NCBI RefSeq assembly: GCF_028368995.1
Contig: NZ_JAQNDL010000001.1
Coordinates: 1,984,001-2,048,000 of the forward strand
DNA from: Nannocystis bainbridge
Lineage (GTDB): Bacteria > Myxococcota_A > Polyangia > Nannocystales > Nannocystaceae
Direction: 5' to 3'
Length of the DNA stretch: 64,000 nt
Below the pieces are notes generated by a model. That model saw nothing but the letters and a program-made list of their open reading frames with translations, was not told the DNA's origin and made no database searches. Shown here piece by piece: positions 52,706-62,497 of the stretch. The number at the start of each line of letters is the position of its first letter. Positions within the stretch are counted from its first letter, which is position 1. The translations under genes and the position numbers were made by a program.

Positions 52706-54850
52706 ATGCCGCCCAGCGCACGCATCACGGACGCCCACACCTGCCCCGTTCACGGCGGCGGCCCGGTCTGCGTCGGCGACGCGACCATCATCGTCGGCAA
52801 CGTCCCCGCGGCCCGGTTGGGCGACGGGCTCATCTGCCCGTGCGGCCCCGACCTCATCTCGCAGGGCGAGAACACGGTGATCTTCGGCAACATGCCGGCC
52901 GCGCGCCTCGGCGACGCCACCGCCCACGGCGGCGCCCTGGCCCAGGGGTGCCCGACGGTGCTCATCGGCTCGACCGCGCAGACCGAGGCGCTCAAGACCG
53001 ACAAGCCGTTCTGCGAGAAGTGCCCCTACGAGCAGCGGCCGCCCGAGCTCGAGGGCTTCCCGCCGGTCATCATCGACGCCCACATGCACATCCAGAGCGG
53101 CAACTGTGCCCCGCTGCCGCCGCTGCGGGCCAAGGCCATGGGCGTGCGCATCGATCGCGGCACCGTCAACTTCATGGCCGGCGTCCCGATCCTCAGCTCG
53201 CTCATGGTCGGCGACATGGGGGAGGTCGCGCCCGAGCCGACCCACGTGGTCGGCGAGCGGCTCATCAGCGAGAACAACGGCATCGATTTCCTGGCCGGCG
53301 GCGCCGGTGGTTACTTCGTCGGCATCTCGATCGTGCTGACGATGGACATGGACTTCTGCCACCTCGACGGCTACGAGGGCCTGCACATCTATCAGGAGGA
53401 CGAAGAGGGCCGGCGCTGGTACGCCAACCGCAAGAACGGCACCCAGCGCTACGAGGACTGCCGGCGCGTCTACCTCGACAGCAACGAGGACCTGCCGATG
53501 GACCACGAGGAGGACAATCCTCAGGCCCAGGAGGGCGCGATCGACAGCTCGCGCCAGTTCGACCGCTACCTCAAGGACATGCGCTCCAACTGCTACGAGA
53601 CCTGGCGGCAGCAGCGGCGGCGCACCGAGATGGTGGCCGCGCAGAACCCCCTGCGCCTGCTCCCGCTCTACCACTACGAGCCGCGCCGCTACATCTCGAT
53701 GGAGGCGCCCGACGCCCCGTTCCAGAACCTGGTCGAGAACGGCGGCCTCTACGTCGGCCTCAAGATGTACACCTCGCAGGGCTACATGCCGAAGGAGTCG
53801 ACCGAGCGCGGCAAGAAGACCGGCGACGTCACCCGCGCCTTCTTCAGCCGGCTCGCCGGCGAGGGCCTGCCGCTCCAGACCCACTGCACCCCGGAGGGTT
53901 GGTACACCCACCACCGCGAGCTCTACATCGACCTCGCCAGCGACGAGATTCGCGACCAGTACAAGCACCCGATCGACGGCTCGCTCGACGACCGCGAGCG
54001 CATGCAGTACTTCCAGGACCACTTCGTGCACCCCGAGGCGTGGCGCCTGGTCATGCAGGACAACCCGTCGCTGCGGCTGTGCCTGGCCCACTGGGCCTCC
54101 GACAAGCGGCTGTGGCGCGACAACGTCGCCGACTTCAAGAAGCCGATCATGACGCGCGAGGAGCTGCGCGAGTTCCAGAAGTGGGCGATCGGCCGCAATG
54201 GTTCGCGGTACTACCGCAACATCCACGACCTGTGGTCCGAGTCGCCGTTCGCCAGCAAGGCCATGCCCTCGGTCGACGCCAAGGACACCATCTACGCCAA
54301 GAGCTGGATCCGCAGCATCGTCGAGATGTGCGGCGAATACCCCAACTTCTACACCGACCTGTCCTACCTGCCGATCTTCGAGAAGTACGAGGCGTGGGGC
54401 GGCGAGGACGTGCCCTACTGGCACCAGTTGGTCGAGATCCTGCGCGAATACCCGCACATGGTCGACAAGCTGATGTTCGGCACCGACTGGTACATGATCC
54501 TGATGGACAAGCTCGGCTACCGCAAATGGTACGAGGAGACCATCAAGGCGCTCGAGGAGGTCTCCAAGGCGCTCGAGGGCCAGTGGTCGGCCCACTTCCT
54601 GTTCCACCAGTTCGCCATCATCAACCCGATCAAGTTCTACCGGCTCGACAAGATCGTCGACAAGCTCAAGGCCAACCTCACCACCGCGATCGGCCGGCTC
54701 GACGGCGGCGACAAGGCCAAGATGTTGTCCGACCTCGAGCGCCGGCACCAGGTGCTCGCGGCCGCGTGCGACCAGGCCCGCCTGTCGCGGATGCAGAGCG
54801 CGGTCAAGCAGGGCCCGCTGCGCTTCACCGGACCGGAGGGCTGGCAGTGA
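52706..54850 (+). CDS. PAAR domain fused to an amidohydrolase TIM barrel (putative T6SS effector)
   Basis: SARITDAHTCP, PAARLGD x2, PFCEKC; IDAHMH, GLKMY, THC, CLAHW, YTDLSY, MFGTDW. Confidence 0.85.
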   Translation: MPPSARITDAHTCPVHGGGPVCVGDATIIVGNVPAARLGDGLICPCGPDLISQGENTVIFGNMPAARLGDATAHGGALAQGCPTVLIGSTAQTEALKTDKPFCEKCPYEQRPPELEGFPPVIIDAHMHIQSGNCAPLPPLRAKAMGVRIDRGTVNFMAGVPILSSLMVGDMGEVAPEPTHVVGERLISENNGIDFLAGGAGGYFVGISIVLTMDMDFCHLDGYEGLHIYQEDEEGRRWYANRKNGTQRYEDCRRVYLDSNEDLPMDHEEDNPQAQEGAIDSSRQFDRYLKDMRSNCYETWRQQRRRTEMVAAQNPLRLLPLYHYEPRRYISMEAPDAPFQNLVENGGLYVGLKMYTSQGYMPKESTERGKKTGDVTRAFFSRLAGEGLPLQTHCTPEGWYTHHRELYIDLASDEIRDQYKHPIDGSLDDRERMQYFQDHFVHPEAWRLVMQDNPSLRLCLAHWASDKRLWRDNVADFKKPIMTREELREFQKWAIGRNGSRYYRNIHDLWSESPFASKAMPSVDAKDTIYAKSWIRSIVEMCGEYPNFYTDLSYLPIFEKYEAWGGEDVPYWHQLVEILREYPHMVDKLMFGTDWYMILMDKLGYRKWYEETIKALEEVSKALEGQWSAHFLFHQFAIINPIKFYRLDKIVDKLKANLTTAIGRLDGGDKAKMLSDLERRHQVLAAACDQARLSRMQSAVKQGPLRFTGPEGWQ

Positions 54851-55905
54851 TCGTCCAGCCCGGCCCCGACGTCGAGCGCCGCGAGCTGCTCGCCGTCGCC
54901 TTCCACAACTACCCCCTCGACGACGCCCTCGTCGCCTGCCAGATCCCCATCGGCACCCCCGGCGGCGCCGCCGTCATCTCCTACGAGAACGCCCTCTGCT
55001 CGCTCCACGTCGACGAGCACGGCGCCGCCATCCGCGAGCTCATCACCGACGTCGTCCCCGCGATCGCCCCCGGCGACCTCGCCCCGGTCCACCCCGCCGT
55101 CCCGGGCCCGGTCTGCACCTACCTGCAGAGCCGACGCATGATCCGCTACGACCTCGCGGCCCACGCGACCCGCCAGCTGCGCATGCTCCACGGCGACAAC
55201 ACCCTGCTCGCGGGCGCATGGCTCTCGGGCCAGGAGACGCGCCTCGCCGTGCAGGTCGAGGACACCAGCCGCTACGACGACGGCGGCCTGGTGCTCGGGC
55301 GCATCGAGGTGTTCGACCTCGCCACCGACCGCCGCCTCGGCGCCGCTCCGCTGCCGCGGGCCCGCGACGCCGGCCAGGGCTGGGCGGCCGGCGCCGACAT
55401 CGTGGCGATCGCCCAGAATGGCGGCCTGGCGGTGTTCACCGCCGATTTCGCCCTGCTCATCGAGCACCCGCTGACCCGCGCCGCCCGGGACGCGCTCGCC
55501 GAGGCTGGCGCGTCCGAGGTCCACTCCTTGCGGATCCACCCCACGCAGCCGCTCGCGGTCCTCGCCGCCTGCACCGCCGACACGATGGGCGTCCGCGACT
55601 TCACGCTCCACCGGATCACGTGGAGCGCGACCGGCAGCTTCGAGGTGCGCCGCCTGGCCAAGCTGCACGCCGTCGGCGACGTCGGCTTCGGCGCGTTCGC
55701 CCCCGCCGGCGACGCCCTCGACGTCCGCATCGCCACCGGCGGCGTCACCTGGATGATGCTCGCCGTCGGCCCGCACGCGCTGCTCGACCTCGGCCCCTCG
55801 CGCGGCCTGCAGGGCGCCGGTTGGTCGGGCCCGCGGCGGTTCCTCGCGTTCGAGCGCGGCGCGGCCCAGATCGCCGTATGGAACCTGCCCGAAGGGACAG
55901 CATGA
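54847..55905 (+). CDS. putative immunity protein (beta-rich, unassigned)
   Basis: GTGA overlap with the effector and ATGA overlap with the next gene; GC3-biased frame. Confidence 0.65.
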   Translation: MIVQPGPDVERRELLAVAFHNYPLDDALVACQIPIGTPGGAAVISYENALCSLHVDEHGAAIRELITDVVPAIAPGDLAPVHPAVPGPVCTYLQSRRMIRYDLAAHATRQLRMLHGDNTLLAGAWLSGQETRLAVQVEDTSRYDDGGLVLGRIEVFDLATDRRLGAAPLPRARDAGQGWAAGADIVAIAQNGGLAVFTADFALLIEHPLTRAARDALAEAGASEVHSLRIHPTQPLAVLAACTADTMGVRDFTLHRITWSATGSFEVRRLAKLHAVGDVGFGAFAPAGDALDVRIATGGVTWMMLAVGPHALLDLGPSRGLQGAGWSGPRRFLAFERGAAQIAVWNLPEGTA

Positions 55906-56735
55906 GCGCGCGCGGCATCGTCGAGCTGTGCTGGGGCCCGCAGCAGGGCGCCAAGGCGGTCGTCACGCCCGGGCGGCCGCTGACGCTCGGCCGCGACCCG
56001 GCGGCCTCGCTGGTGCTCGACGACCCGACCGTCGCCCCGGTGCACGCCGCCGTCGAGTGGGACGGCAGGACCGCGCGCCTGCGCCACCTCGGCGGCCCGG
56101 CCCTGACCTTGCTCTCGGGACAGGCCGTGACCACCGTCGCCCCGCTCGAGCACGCCGCGTGGATCCGCATCGGCGGCACCGACCTCAGCTTCCACGTCGA
56201 GGCGCTCACCCCGGCCCCCTGGTCGCGCGAGCCGGACGACGAGGTCGCCGCCGAGGCCGCGCTGGCGCACCTCCAGCGCGTCCCCGGCCCGCTGTTCGCC
56301 GTGCTCGACACCGCCTGCGAGCCGCGCATCGCCGAGCTCGTGCGCGAGTCGGTGGCCCCGTGGCGCTCGCTGTTCGACGGGGTCGAGGGCGCCCGCCTCG
56401 CCGACGCCGCCCCGCATGTGGTCTCGCTGTCGGCCGACCCGCGCCTGTGCGCCGACCTCGTGCGCGAGGGCTGGGGCTACCGCTGGGGCGTGCTGCTGAC
56501 CAGCGACCGCTCGCTGTTCGAGGTCCGCCAGCACCTGCGCAAGTTCCTCCTGGTCCAGCGCGAGGGCACCCCGGAGCCGACCTACTTCCGCTTCTACGAT
56601 CCCGGCGTGCTGCGCGTGTTCCTCGACACCTGCACCCCGACCGAGCTGTCGCAGTGGTTCGGCGGCGTGATCCGCTGCCACCTCGGCGAGGACCTCGACA
56701 GCCCGACCGGCTGGTGGCGCTTCGACGCCCGCTGA
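55902..56735 (+). CDS. FHA-DUF4123 fusion (T6SS effector adaptor)
   Basis: LTLGR..A.L.L.DP.V..VH; LFAVLD, SLF.G, AP..V, WG, HLRKFL.V, FRFYDP.VL. Confidence 0.85.
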   Translation: MSARGIVELCWGPQQGAKAVVTPGRPLTLGRDPAASLVLDDPTVAPVHAAVEWDGRTARLRHLGGPALTLLSGQAVTTVAPLEHAAWIRIGGTDLSFHVEALTPAPWSREPDDEVAAEAALAHLQRVPGPLFAVLDTACEPRIAELVRESVAPWRSLFDGVEGARLADAAPHVVSLSADPRLCADLVREGWGYRWGVLLTSDRSLFEVRQHLRKFLLVQREGTPEPTYFRFYDPGVLRVFLDTCTPTELSQWFGGVIRCHLGEDLDSPTGWWRFDAR

Positions 56736-56740
56736 CCGCC

Positions 56741-56782
56741 GTTCGGACATGTCCCTTGTGGCATGTCCGAACGGACATGCTC
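56741..56782. repeat. 14-bp phased palindrome array between convergent genes
   Basis: Cores at 56748, 56762, 56776. Confidence 0.85.
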
Positions 56783-56802
56783 TAAAATACAGGTGGCCCC
56801 GC

Positions 56803-57177
56803 TCACGGGGAGGCGAACGACGGGATGTCGATCTTGTCGAGGCCGCGCAGCGAGACGCTGACGCCGCCGCCGATCCAGATCACCGGCGCCGCGATCGTCA
56901 CCACCAGCCCCACGAGCACCGCCGCGAGCGCCGGGCCCCGCATCAGCCCCGCGCGATCGCCTCGCCACAGCCGCACCCCGGCGACCACGGCGACCACGCC
57001 CGCCGCCGCCTGGGCGACCGCCGGCACCAGCATCAGCGTCACGCCGGGCTCGCGCAGCCCAGACGCCAGCAACAACCACAGCAGCAGGTGCACCACCGCC
57101 AGGCCCGCGGCGATCTGCGTCCAGCGGGCCGCGAACACGCGCCCGGCCGCCAGCGAAACCTCGGGGTCGGAGCCCAT
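56803..57177 (-). CDS. small membrane protein
   Basis: Three hydrophobic segments. Confidence 0.55.
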   Translation of the reverse strand: MGSDPEVSLAAGRVFAARWTQIAAGLAVVHLLLWLLLASGLREPGVTLMLVPAVAQAAAGVVAVVAGVRLWRGDRAGLMRGPALAAVLVGLVVTIAAPVIWIGGGVSVSLRGLDKIDIPSFASP

Positions 57178-57264
57178 GCCCCAGCTTCGTCGATGTCGCG
57201 CAGCCCGTCGAGGCCCGGCTCCCAACGCTCCCCCGACACCTCGATGGAATCGCGCGCGCCCTCT

Positions 57265-58299
57265 TCACACCGTGATCACGACCTTGCCCTGCGTGTGTCC
57301 GGCCGCCACGTGCCCCAGCGCTGCCCCCGTCTCGGCCAGCGCGTACGTATGCTCGATCACCGGCCGGAGCTTGCCCGCCGCCACCAGCTCCGCCAGCAGC
57401 TGTAGATCGGCCTGGCGCGGCGCCGTCATCAGCGACGCCATGCGCGGCCCCGGCAGCGCGTTCCGCAGCATCATGCGCGTCAGCCGGCCCATCGGCCCCA
57501 GCCACTCGCCGCCTCCGCCCGCGCAGGCCACGTACACCCCCGTGGGCGTCAGCAGCGAGCGGCAGATCGCCAGCGACCGATCGCCGATCATGTCGAACAC
57601 CACGTCGTGGCGCTCGGGCAGCGCCGCGTAGTCCTCGCGGGTGTAGTCGATCACCCGCGCAGCCCCGAGCGACATGACCGTTTGCACATGTCGGGTGCTG
57701 CACACCGCCGTCACCTCGGCCCCGAGCGCCCGGGCCACCTGCACCGCCATCGTCCCGACCCCGCCCGACGCCCCGACGATCAGCGCCCGCTGCCCCGCCT
57801 GCAGCTTGCCGACGTCGCGCAGCCCCTGCAGCGCCGTCATCCCCGCGTCGGGCAGCGCGGCCGCCTCGGCGAAGCTCGCCTCCGCCGGCATCACCGCCCA
57901 CCGCTCCGCCGGCGCGCGCACGTACTCGGCGAAGCCCGCCTGCACCAGCCCGAACACCCGCTGGCCCGGCGCGAACGCGGTGACCCCCGGCCCGACCGCC
58001 GCCACCACCCCGGCCACGTTCTGCCCGGCCACCCGCTGCTTCGGCCGCCGCAGCCCGAACATCAGCCGCAGCAGATACGGCTTGCCCGTCAGCAAGTGCA
58101 CGTCGCCCCTGCTCACCGACGCCGCATGCACCCGCACCAGCACCTCGCCCGCGCCCACCTCCGGGCGCGCGACCTCCTCCAGGCGCAGCACCTCGGGCCC
58201 GCCGTAGGCCGACTGGACGATCGCGCGCATGCTCGCGGGCAGGGCCTGCACGGCCGTGGAAGGATGGATGGAAGCACTCGCGCCGTTCGCCATGGTCAT
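57265..58299 (-). CDS. NAD(P)-dependent MDR/quinone oxidoreductase-like protein (start may be 58230)
   Basis: YGGPEVL, AAALP.AG.TALQGL, GASGGVG..AVQ.A, GKVVI. Confidence 0.92.
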   Translation of the reverse strand: MTMANGASASIHPSTAVQALPASMRAIVQSAYGGPEVLRLEEVARPEVGAGEVLVRVHAASVSRGDVHLLTGKPYLLRLMFGLRRPKQRVAGQNVAGVVAAVGPGVTAFAPGQRVFGLVQAGFAEYVRAPAERWAVMPAEASFAEAAALPDAGMTALQGLRDVGKLQAGQRALIVGASGGVGTMAVQVARALGAEVTAVCSTRHVQTVMSLGAARVIDYTREDYAALPERHDVVFDMIGDRSLAICRSLLTPTGVYVACAGGGGEWLGPMGRLTRMMLRNALPGPRMASLMTAPRQADLQLLAELVAAGKLRPVIEHTYALAETGAALGHVAAGHTQGKVVITV

Positions 58300-58313
58300 G
58301 TCGTCTCCGCCGG

Positions 58314-58364
58314 AACTTACGCTGTAAGTTGACCGCCAGAAGAGTAAAGCTTACACCGTAAGTT
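58314..58364. promoter_or_regulatory. two TetR operators CTTAC-N3-GTAAG overlapping divergent promoters
   Basis: AACTTAC-GCT-GTAAGTT (58314-58330) and AGCTTAC-ACC-GTAAGTT (58348-58364) abutting the tetR ATG; TTGACC at 58329. Confidence 0.8.
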
Positions 58365-59066
58365 ATGGCAAGCACGAAAGCGCCGAAGCGGGCCCAGACC
58401 CGCCGCAAGCCGGCCCGGCGGGCCCCGCTGAGCCGCGAGCGGGTGCTCGCCACGGCCATCGAACTGGCCGACGCCGAGGGCCTCGAGGCGCTGTCGATGC
58501 GCAGGCTCGCGCAGGCGCTCGGGGTCGAGGCGATGTCGCTCTACAACCACGTGAAGAGCAAAGAGGACGTGCTCGACGCGATGGTCGACCTCGTGATCGG
58601 CGAGATCGAGGCGCCCGCGATCGGCGGCGACTGGAAGGCCGCGCTGCGTCGGCGCGCCGTCTCGGCCCACGCGGTCCTGATGCGCCACCGCTGGGCCCCG
58701 CAGCTGGTCGTGTCGACCCTCAACATCGGCCCGGCGATGCGCCGCTACGTCGACGCCACCCTCGGCTGCCTGCACGCCGCCGGCTTCTCCTACGCCGAGG
58801 CCGACCACGCCTGGAACGCGCTCGACAGCCACATCTACGGCTTCACCCTGCAGGCCCTGAACTTCCCGCTCGAGCCCTCCCAGTACGCCGGCGCCGCCGC
58901 CCAGTTCCTCCACCTCATCCCGCCCGAGCAGTTCCCCCACATGCACGCGCTGTCCCTGCTGGTCATCGACGGCGAACACGACGGCCTGCAAGACTTCACG
59001 TTCGGCCTCGATCTGCTGCTCGACGGCCTCGAGCGGCTGCTCGGCGCCAAGAAGCCGGCGGTCTAG
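58365..59066 (+). CDS. TetR family regulator (TetR_C type)
   Basis: LSMRRLAQALGVEAMSLYNHVKSK HTH; F.FGL.LLLDG. Confidence 0.93.
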   Translation: MASTKAPKRAQTRRKPARRAPLSRERVLATAIELADAEGLEALSMRRLAQALGVEAMSLYNHVKSKEDVLDAMVDLVIGEIEAPAIGGDWKAALRRRAVSAHAVLMRHRWAPQLVVSTLNIGPAMRRYVDATLGCLHAAGFSYAEADHAWNALDSHIYGFTLQALNFPLEPSQYAGAAAQFLHLIPPEQFPHMHALSLLVIDGEHDGLQDFTFGLDLLLDGLERLLGAKKPAV

Positions 59067-59067
59067 C

Positions 59068-59089
59068 TCCGCGTCCGCGTGGACGCGGA
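59068..59089. terminator. hairpin TCCGCGTCC-GCGT-GGACGCGGA between convergent genes
   Basis: 9-bp stem with no U-tract; resembles the GTCC-N4-GGAC family. Confidence 0.45.
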
Positions 59090-59126
59090 TCGGACGTGAC
59101 GACCCGTGACGGGGAGCGTCGTGGGT

Positions 59127-59642
59127 TCAGGATCCCGTCACCACGGTCACCCACTGGCTCGTGTATTTGTTGTTCTGAGTCGGCGGGCGCACGTAAAACA
59201 GGGTCTCGTAGGCGGACGCCCAGTTCGCTCCGGCCAGCAGCTTCCACTGGCGGACGAATTCGCTCGCGCTCTGCGGCGTGCTGATGCGGATGGAGCGGTC
59301 GAGGTAGGTTTGGATGAGGTAGGCGGAGCCACCGGCGTCGAAGAAGACGTTGAAGTTGTGATTGGCCCCGGAGACCTCGAATGACATCGAGAAGTTGACG
59401 AATGTCTGCGCGGCGAATTGATCGGGCCATTGCGACGGATCCACTCCGTAGTTCCGCTGGACCTGGGTGCCGCGTGACGCGGTCTCCACGAATTCCAGGT
59501 TCGCCCCGGCGAAGTAGTTGCAGGACCAGCCGCTATTGCTCATTTTATCGCTCGAGAGCGACGGCAGGCTGAAGTTCTTGTCCAGCTCGTGGAGAGCGTC
59601 GTTGGTGGCCGCGAGAACCAGAGAATTGGTGATGGTGGGCAT
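59127..59642 (-). CDS. hypothetical protein (171 aa, Asn/Ser/aromatic-rich)
   Basis: GGAGGA RBS before ATG 59642; protein-like composition. Confidence 0.7.
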   Translation of the reverse strand: MPTITNSLVLAATNDALHELDKNFSLPSLSSDKMSNSGWSCNYFAGANLEFVETASRGTQVQRNYGVDPSQWPDQFAAQTFVNFSMSFEVSGANHNFNVFFDAGGSAYLIQTYLDRSIRISTPQSASEFVRQWKLLAGANWASAYETLFYVRPPTQNNKYTSQWVTVVTGS

Positions 59643-60146
59643 GGATTCCTCCTGAGCCTCGGTGTTACCGAGAATGTCGTCGAGCCCGCGCCGGTGCACG
59701 ATGCGGATGTCCATCAGCAGAGCGCAGCTGCGGCCGGACGTCCAGCGATAAATGGCGTGGGGCAATGGGCGATTGCGATTCCTTCGGCGTATCGTTGTTC
59801 GCTCCCGCCGGCCGAGAACGCGGGAGGAGCCCGGGGTCAGTGGCCGACCCGCCAAAGCCCCTCCGGCCGCAGCTCCGCGGCGCTTCGGCAGCGGCCGGGA
59901 CGGCTCACGCCCTATTCTTTCGCGAGCGGTTCGTCCGGCAATGGCTGGCAATGCGCGTTTCAAGGGGCGGCATCGCTCGTCACACCGTCTGACCAGCGAG
60001 CGCCCATTGGGCGCCCCTCGGGCGCCCATGGGCGACGCGAACTCGCCGCGACGTCCGTGGTTCTGCCGCCGCCGGACGACGACGAACCCTCCGCGCCGGC
60101 ACGAACGCCGCCGCGGGTTCCCCCGCGCTTCGTGCTTTGCGCGTCG

Positions 60147-60353
60147 TCAGCCGGACGAGCGCCGGACCTCGTTCGACCGCTTGCGCAGCGCGTCGAGCTT
60201 GGACATCGCATCGGCGACCGTCGAGACGCTGTCGCGTGACAGTGTGAGCATTGCGCGACAGCCGGTGCAGACGAAGGTCTCGCCGCGGAGGAGCGCGTGG
60301 GCGTCGAAGACGATGATACCGCCGCAATCAGGGCAGGAGATCTGGCTGCTCAT
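60147..60353 (-). CDS. small zinc-ribbon protein
   Basis: CPDC...CTGC followed by a helical tail; GAGGTGAG RBS. Confidence 0.75.
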   Translation of the reverse strand: MSSQISCPDCGGIIVFDAHALLRGETFVCTGCRAMLTLSRDSVSTVADAMSKLDALRKRSNEVRRSSG

Positions 60354-60460
60354 GGCTCACCTCGTGGACTCGAGAACATACGCGGTGGGTTCGATCGTGA
60401 ACGGCCCACGCGCGACGCACACCGCGTCGTCGCGCGCGGGCCCGGGCCGCGAGAGCGGGC

Positions 60461-61135
60461 TCAGGCGCTCGACGGGTCGCTCGGCATCGTGATCGGCGTG
60501 ATCGAGTTGGTGAACGCCTGGATGATCGTCGTCACGCCCTGCGGCAGCGGCAGCTGGCCGGCGTGGACCCGCACGCCGTACTTCGCCGAGTTGCTCTTCT
60601 CGTAGTGGGTGTCGTGGCTGGTCGCCCGGGCGCTGTCGTACGACACGCTGCCGGTGACCGAGGCCGAGAACATGCCGAAGCCGACCTTGGCCGAGAAGGT
60701 CGACGAGGCCGCCATCTTGTCTTCGGTGGTCTCGTTGCTGGCCTCGCTGTAGCTCGACTTCACCTCCATGTCGAAGGTGATGTCGACGTTGTCGACCGCC
60801 AGCGAATTGAGCGGGAGGATCGTCAGCAGCGGCAGCGAGAAGGTGGTCGTGACCTGGTCGATGCTCGGCTTGCTGTCGGCCACATCCGGGTCGGCCGGGA
60901 TCAGCACGCCGCGCGTCAACTTCATGTCGATGATGATCGGCGAGTACGTATCGACCTTCTCGTCGCCCTCCCCCGTCGACTGGATCGCAAAGGCCGTGTC
61001 GAGCAAGAACCGCGTCTGCGTGACGGCCATCATGTTGTTGGCCTCGGCGGCCGCGAGCAGCGGGGCGCCGATGAGGTCGCTCATCGGGAGCCCGGTGAAT
61101 TGTTCTGCCATGGATACGAGTTGTGGTTCAGCCAT
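60461..61135 (-). CDS. DUF2589-family protein
   Basis: QF.GLPM..LIG.PL.AA..A, PLL.I.P.NSL.V..V...F.MEV, NSAKY.V.V.A.Q.P.P.G. Confidence 0.8.
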   Translation of the reverse strand: MAEPQLVSMAEQFTGLPMSDLIGAPLLAAAEANNMMAVTQTRFLLDTAFAIQSTGEGDEKVDTYSPIIIDMKLTRGVLIPADPDVADSKPSIDQVTTTFSLPLLTILPLNSLAVDNVDITFDMEVKSSYSEASNETTEDKMAASSTFSAKVGFGMFSASVTGSVSYDSARATSHDTHYEKSNSAKYGVRVHAGQLPLPQGVTTIIQAFTNSITPITMPSDPSSA

Positions 61136-61232
61136 TGTCGTCTTCCTCTCTCATGCCTGTGTTACGATTCGAAGCAAAAGGAAACCGATGCGGCCGGTTC
61201 CGGCCGCCGAACGATCCGCGCCGCGGCCCGGT

Positions 61233-61841
61233 TCAGCCGGGGATCTGGGCCCGGAGGGCGCGCTCGTAGCCCTCGACGATCAGCCGCAGCCCCTGGCTCG
61301 ACGGCATCTCGCCGAGCACGATCTCGAGGGTCGCCGGGCGCCTGCCGGACGCCTCGCCGTCGACCTCCGCGCCGGCGGAGCGGGTCGGCACGCCGGCCGC
61401 CAGCGACTCGCCCTGGACGCTGAGATCGAGGTCGGTCTTGAGGCGCAGCTCGGTGATCTGCGCGAACGAGATCGGCGCGAGGGCGATCAGCGGCACGTGC
61501 ACGGTGTGGACGGCCGGGCCCTCGCGGGTCATGTGCGGGTATTGAATGGCGGTGGTCTTGGGCCGCAGGGTGGTGGTGGCGCGTCGCTGCGACTTCAGGG
61601 CCCCCGCGGCCCGCTCGAGCGCCTCGGCGGCCTGACGAATCGCCTCGGGGTCGCCGGCGGCGCTGGCGGCCTCCGAGGCCGCCAGCGCGTCGGCGGTGGC
61701 CGCCGCGACCTCCGGCGACGGGTCGTCCTCGACGGGCTCGAAATAGCCGTGAAAGAGCTCGATATTGCGAGCGGCGAGCGCGTTCGCTGCCTCGGCCACG
61801 CTGCGCTGAACGGCCGCCACCAATCCGTCGAGGTTCAACAT
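61233..61841 (-). CDS. DUF2589-family protein (second subtype)
   Basis: VPLIAL.P....I.EL.L, C-terminal GL..I.EGY..AL..QIP. Confidence 0.7.
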   Translation of the reverse strand: MLNLDGLVAAVQRSVAEAANALAARNIELFHGYFEPVEDDPSPEVAAATADALAASEAASAAGDPEAIRQAAEALERAAGALKSQRRATTTLRPKTTAIQYPHMTREGPAVHTVHVPLIALAPISFAQITELRLKTDLDLSVQGESLAAGVPTRSAGAEVDGEASGRRPATLEIVLGEMPSSQGLRLIVEGYERALRAQIPG

Positions 61842-62497
61842 CGCGGCTGATTAGAGTCGATTCGCGGTGGCGGGTCAATACAATTCGCAGCGCGGCGCAT
61901 CGACTTAAAATGCACATTGACCGTGAGCAGCGCCGCTCATTTTGCTTACGCTGTTATGTCGTGACTCGGCGGCGCCGCGGCAGCGGCGGAACCACTATAA
62001 AGGACGCTGCCAGGGACGAGCCGCGCCGCCCTGTCCTCGCCTGCGCCCGCCCCCGAGGGCGCACGCGGCTTCACGGCCCGCGCCGCGCCGCGGCCGGGCT
62101 TGCGCGCACAGAAACGATCACCGGCCGATGAACCGGGGCCGCGATTGCGCATTCGCGGTGACGCGAATGCACAGAGCGTCCGCGTCGGCTCGGAGCTGCG
62201 CGCCGAGCCGATCGCGCGGGCGACGTCGAATCCCCTGAATCGGAGAGTACAACCATTATGGGCGCCTGGGGGCGCCTGGGCGCGCCCGGGCGCGCCCGGG
62301 CGTTCGAATGGGTGAGCGCGCTTTCGGGGTGACCTTGTCAGGCGATTTAAATAGGTGGTTGGCGCTTGACGGAAAGCGGGAGAACCAGCAATATCACGGC
62401 GGACGGGCCGCGTGTCGCGTGTCCGGCGATCCATTCGATTCTCATCGACGCCGCGTCGGTGTCAGGCCGTTGCGCCGCGATCATGAAGGAGCATCCC

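Noticed and set aside
52621-55905. Single 1094-aa ORF, or frameshifted fusion with the effector
   Set aside because: Only the part from GTG 54847 has coding-like composition; the upstream part is an off-frame shadow of the PAAR-amidohydrolase gene.
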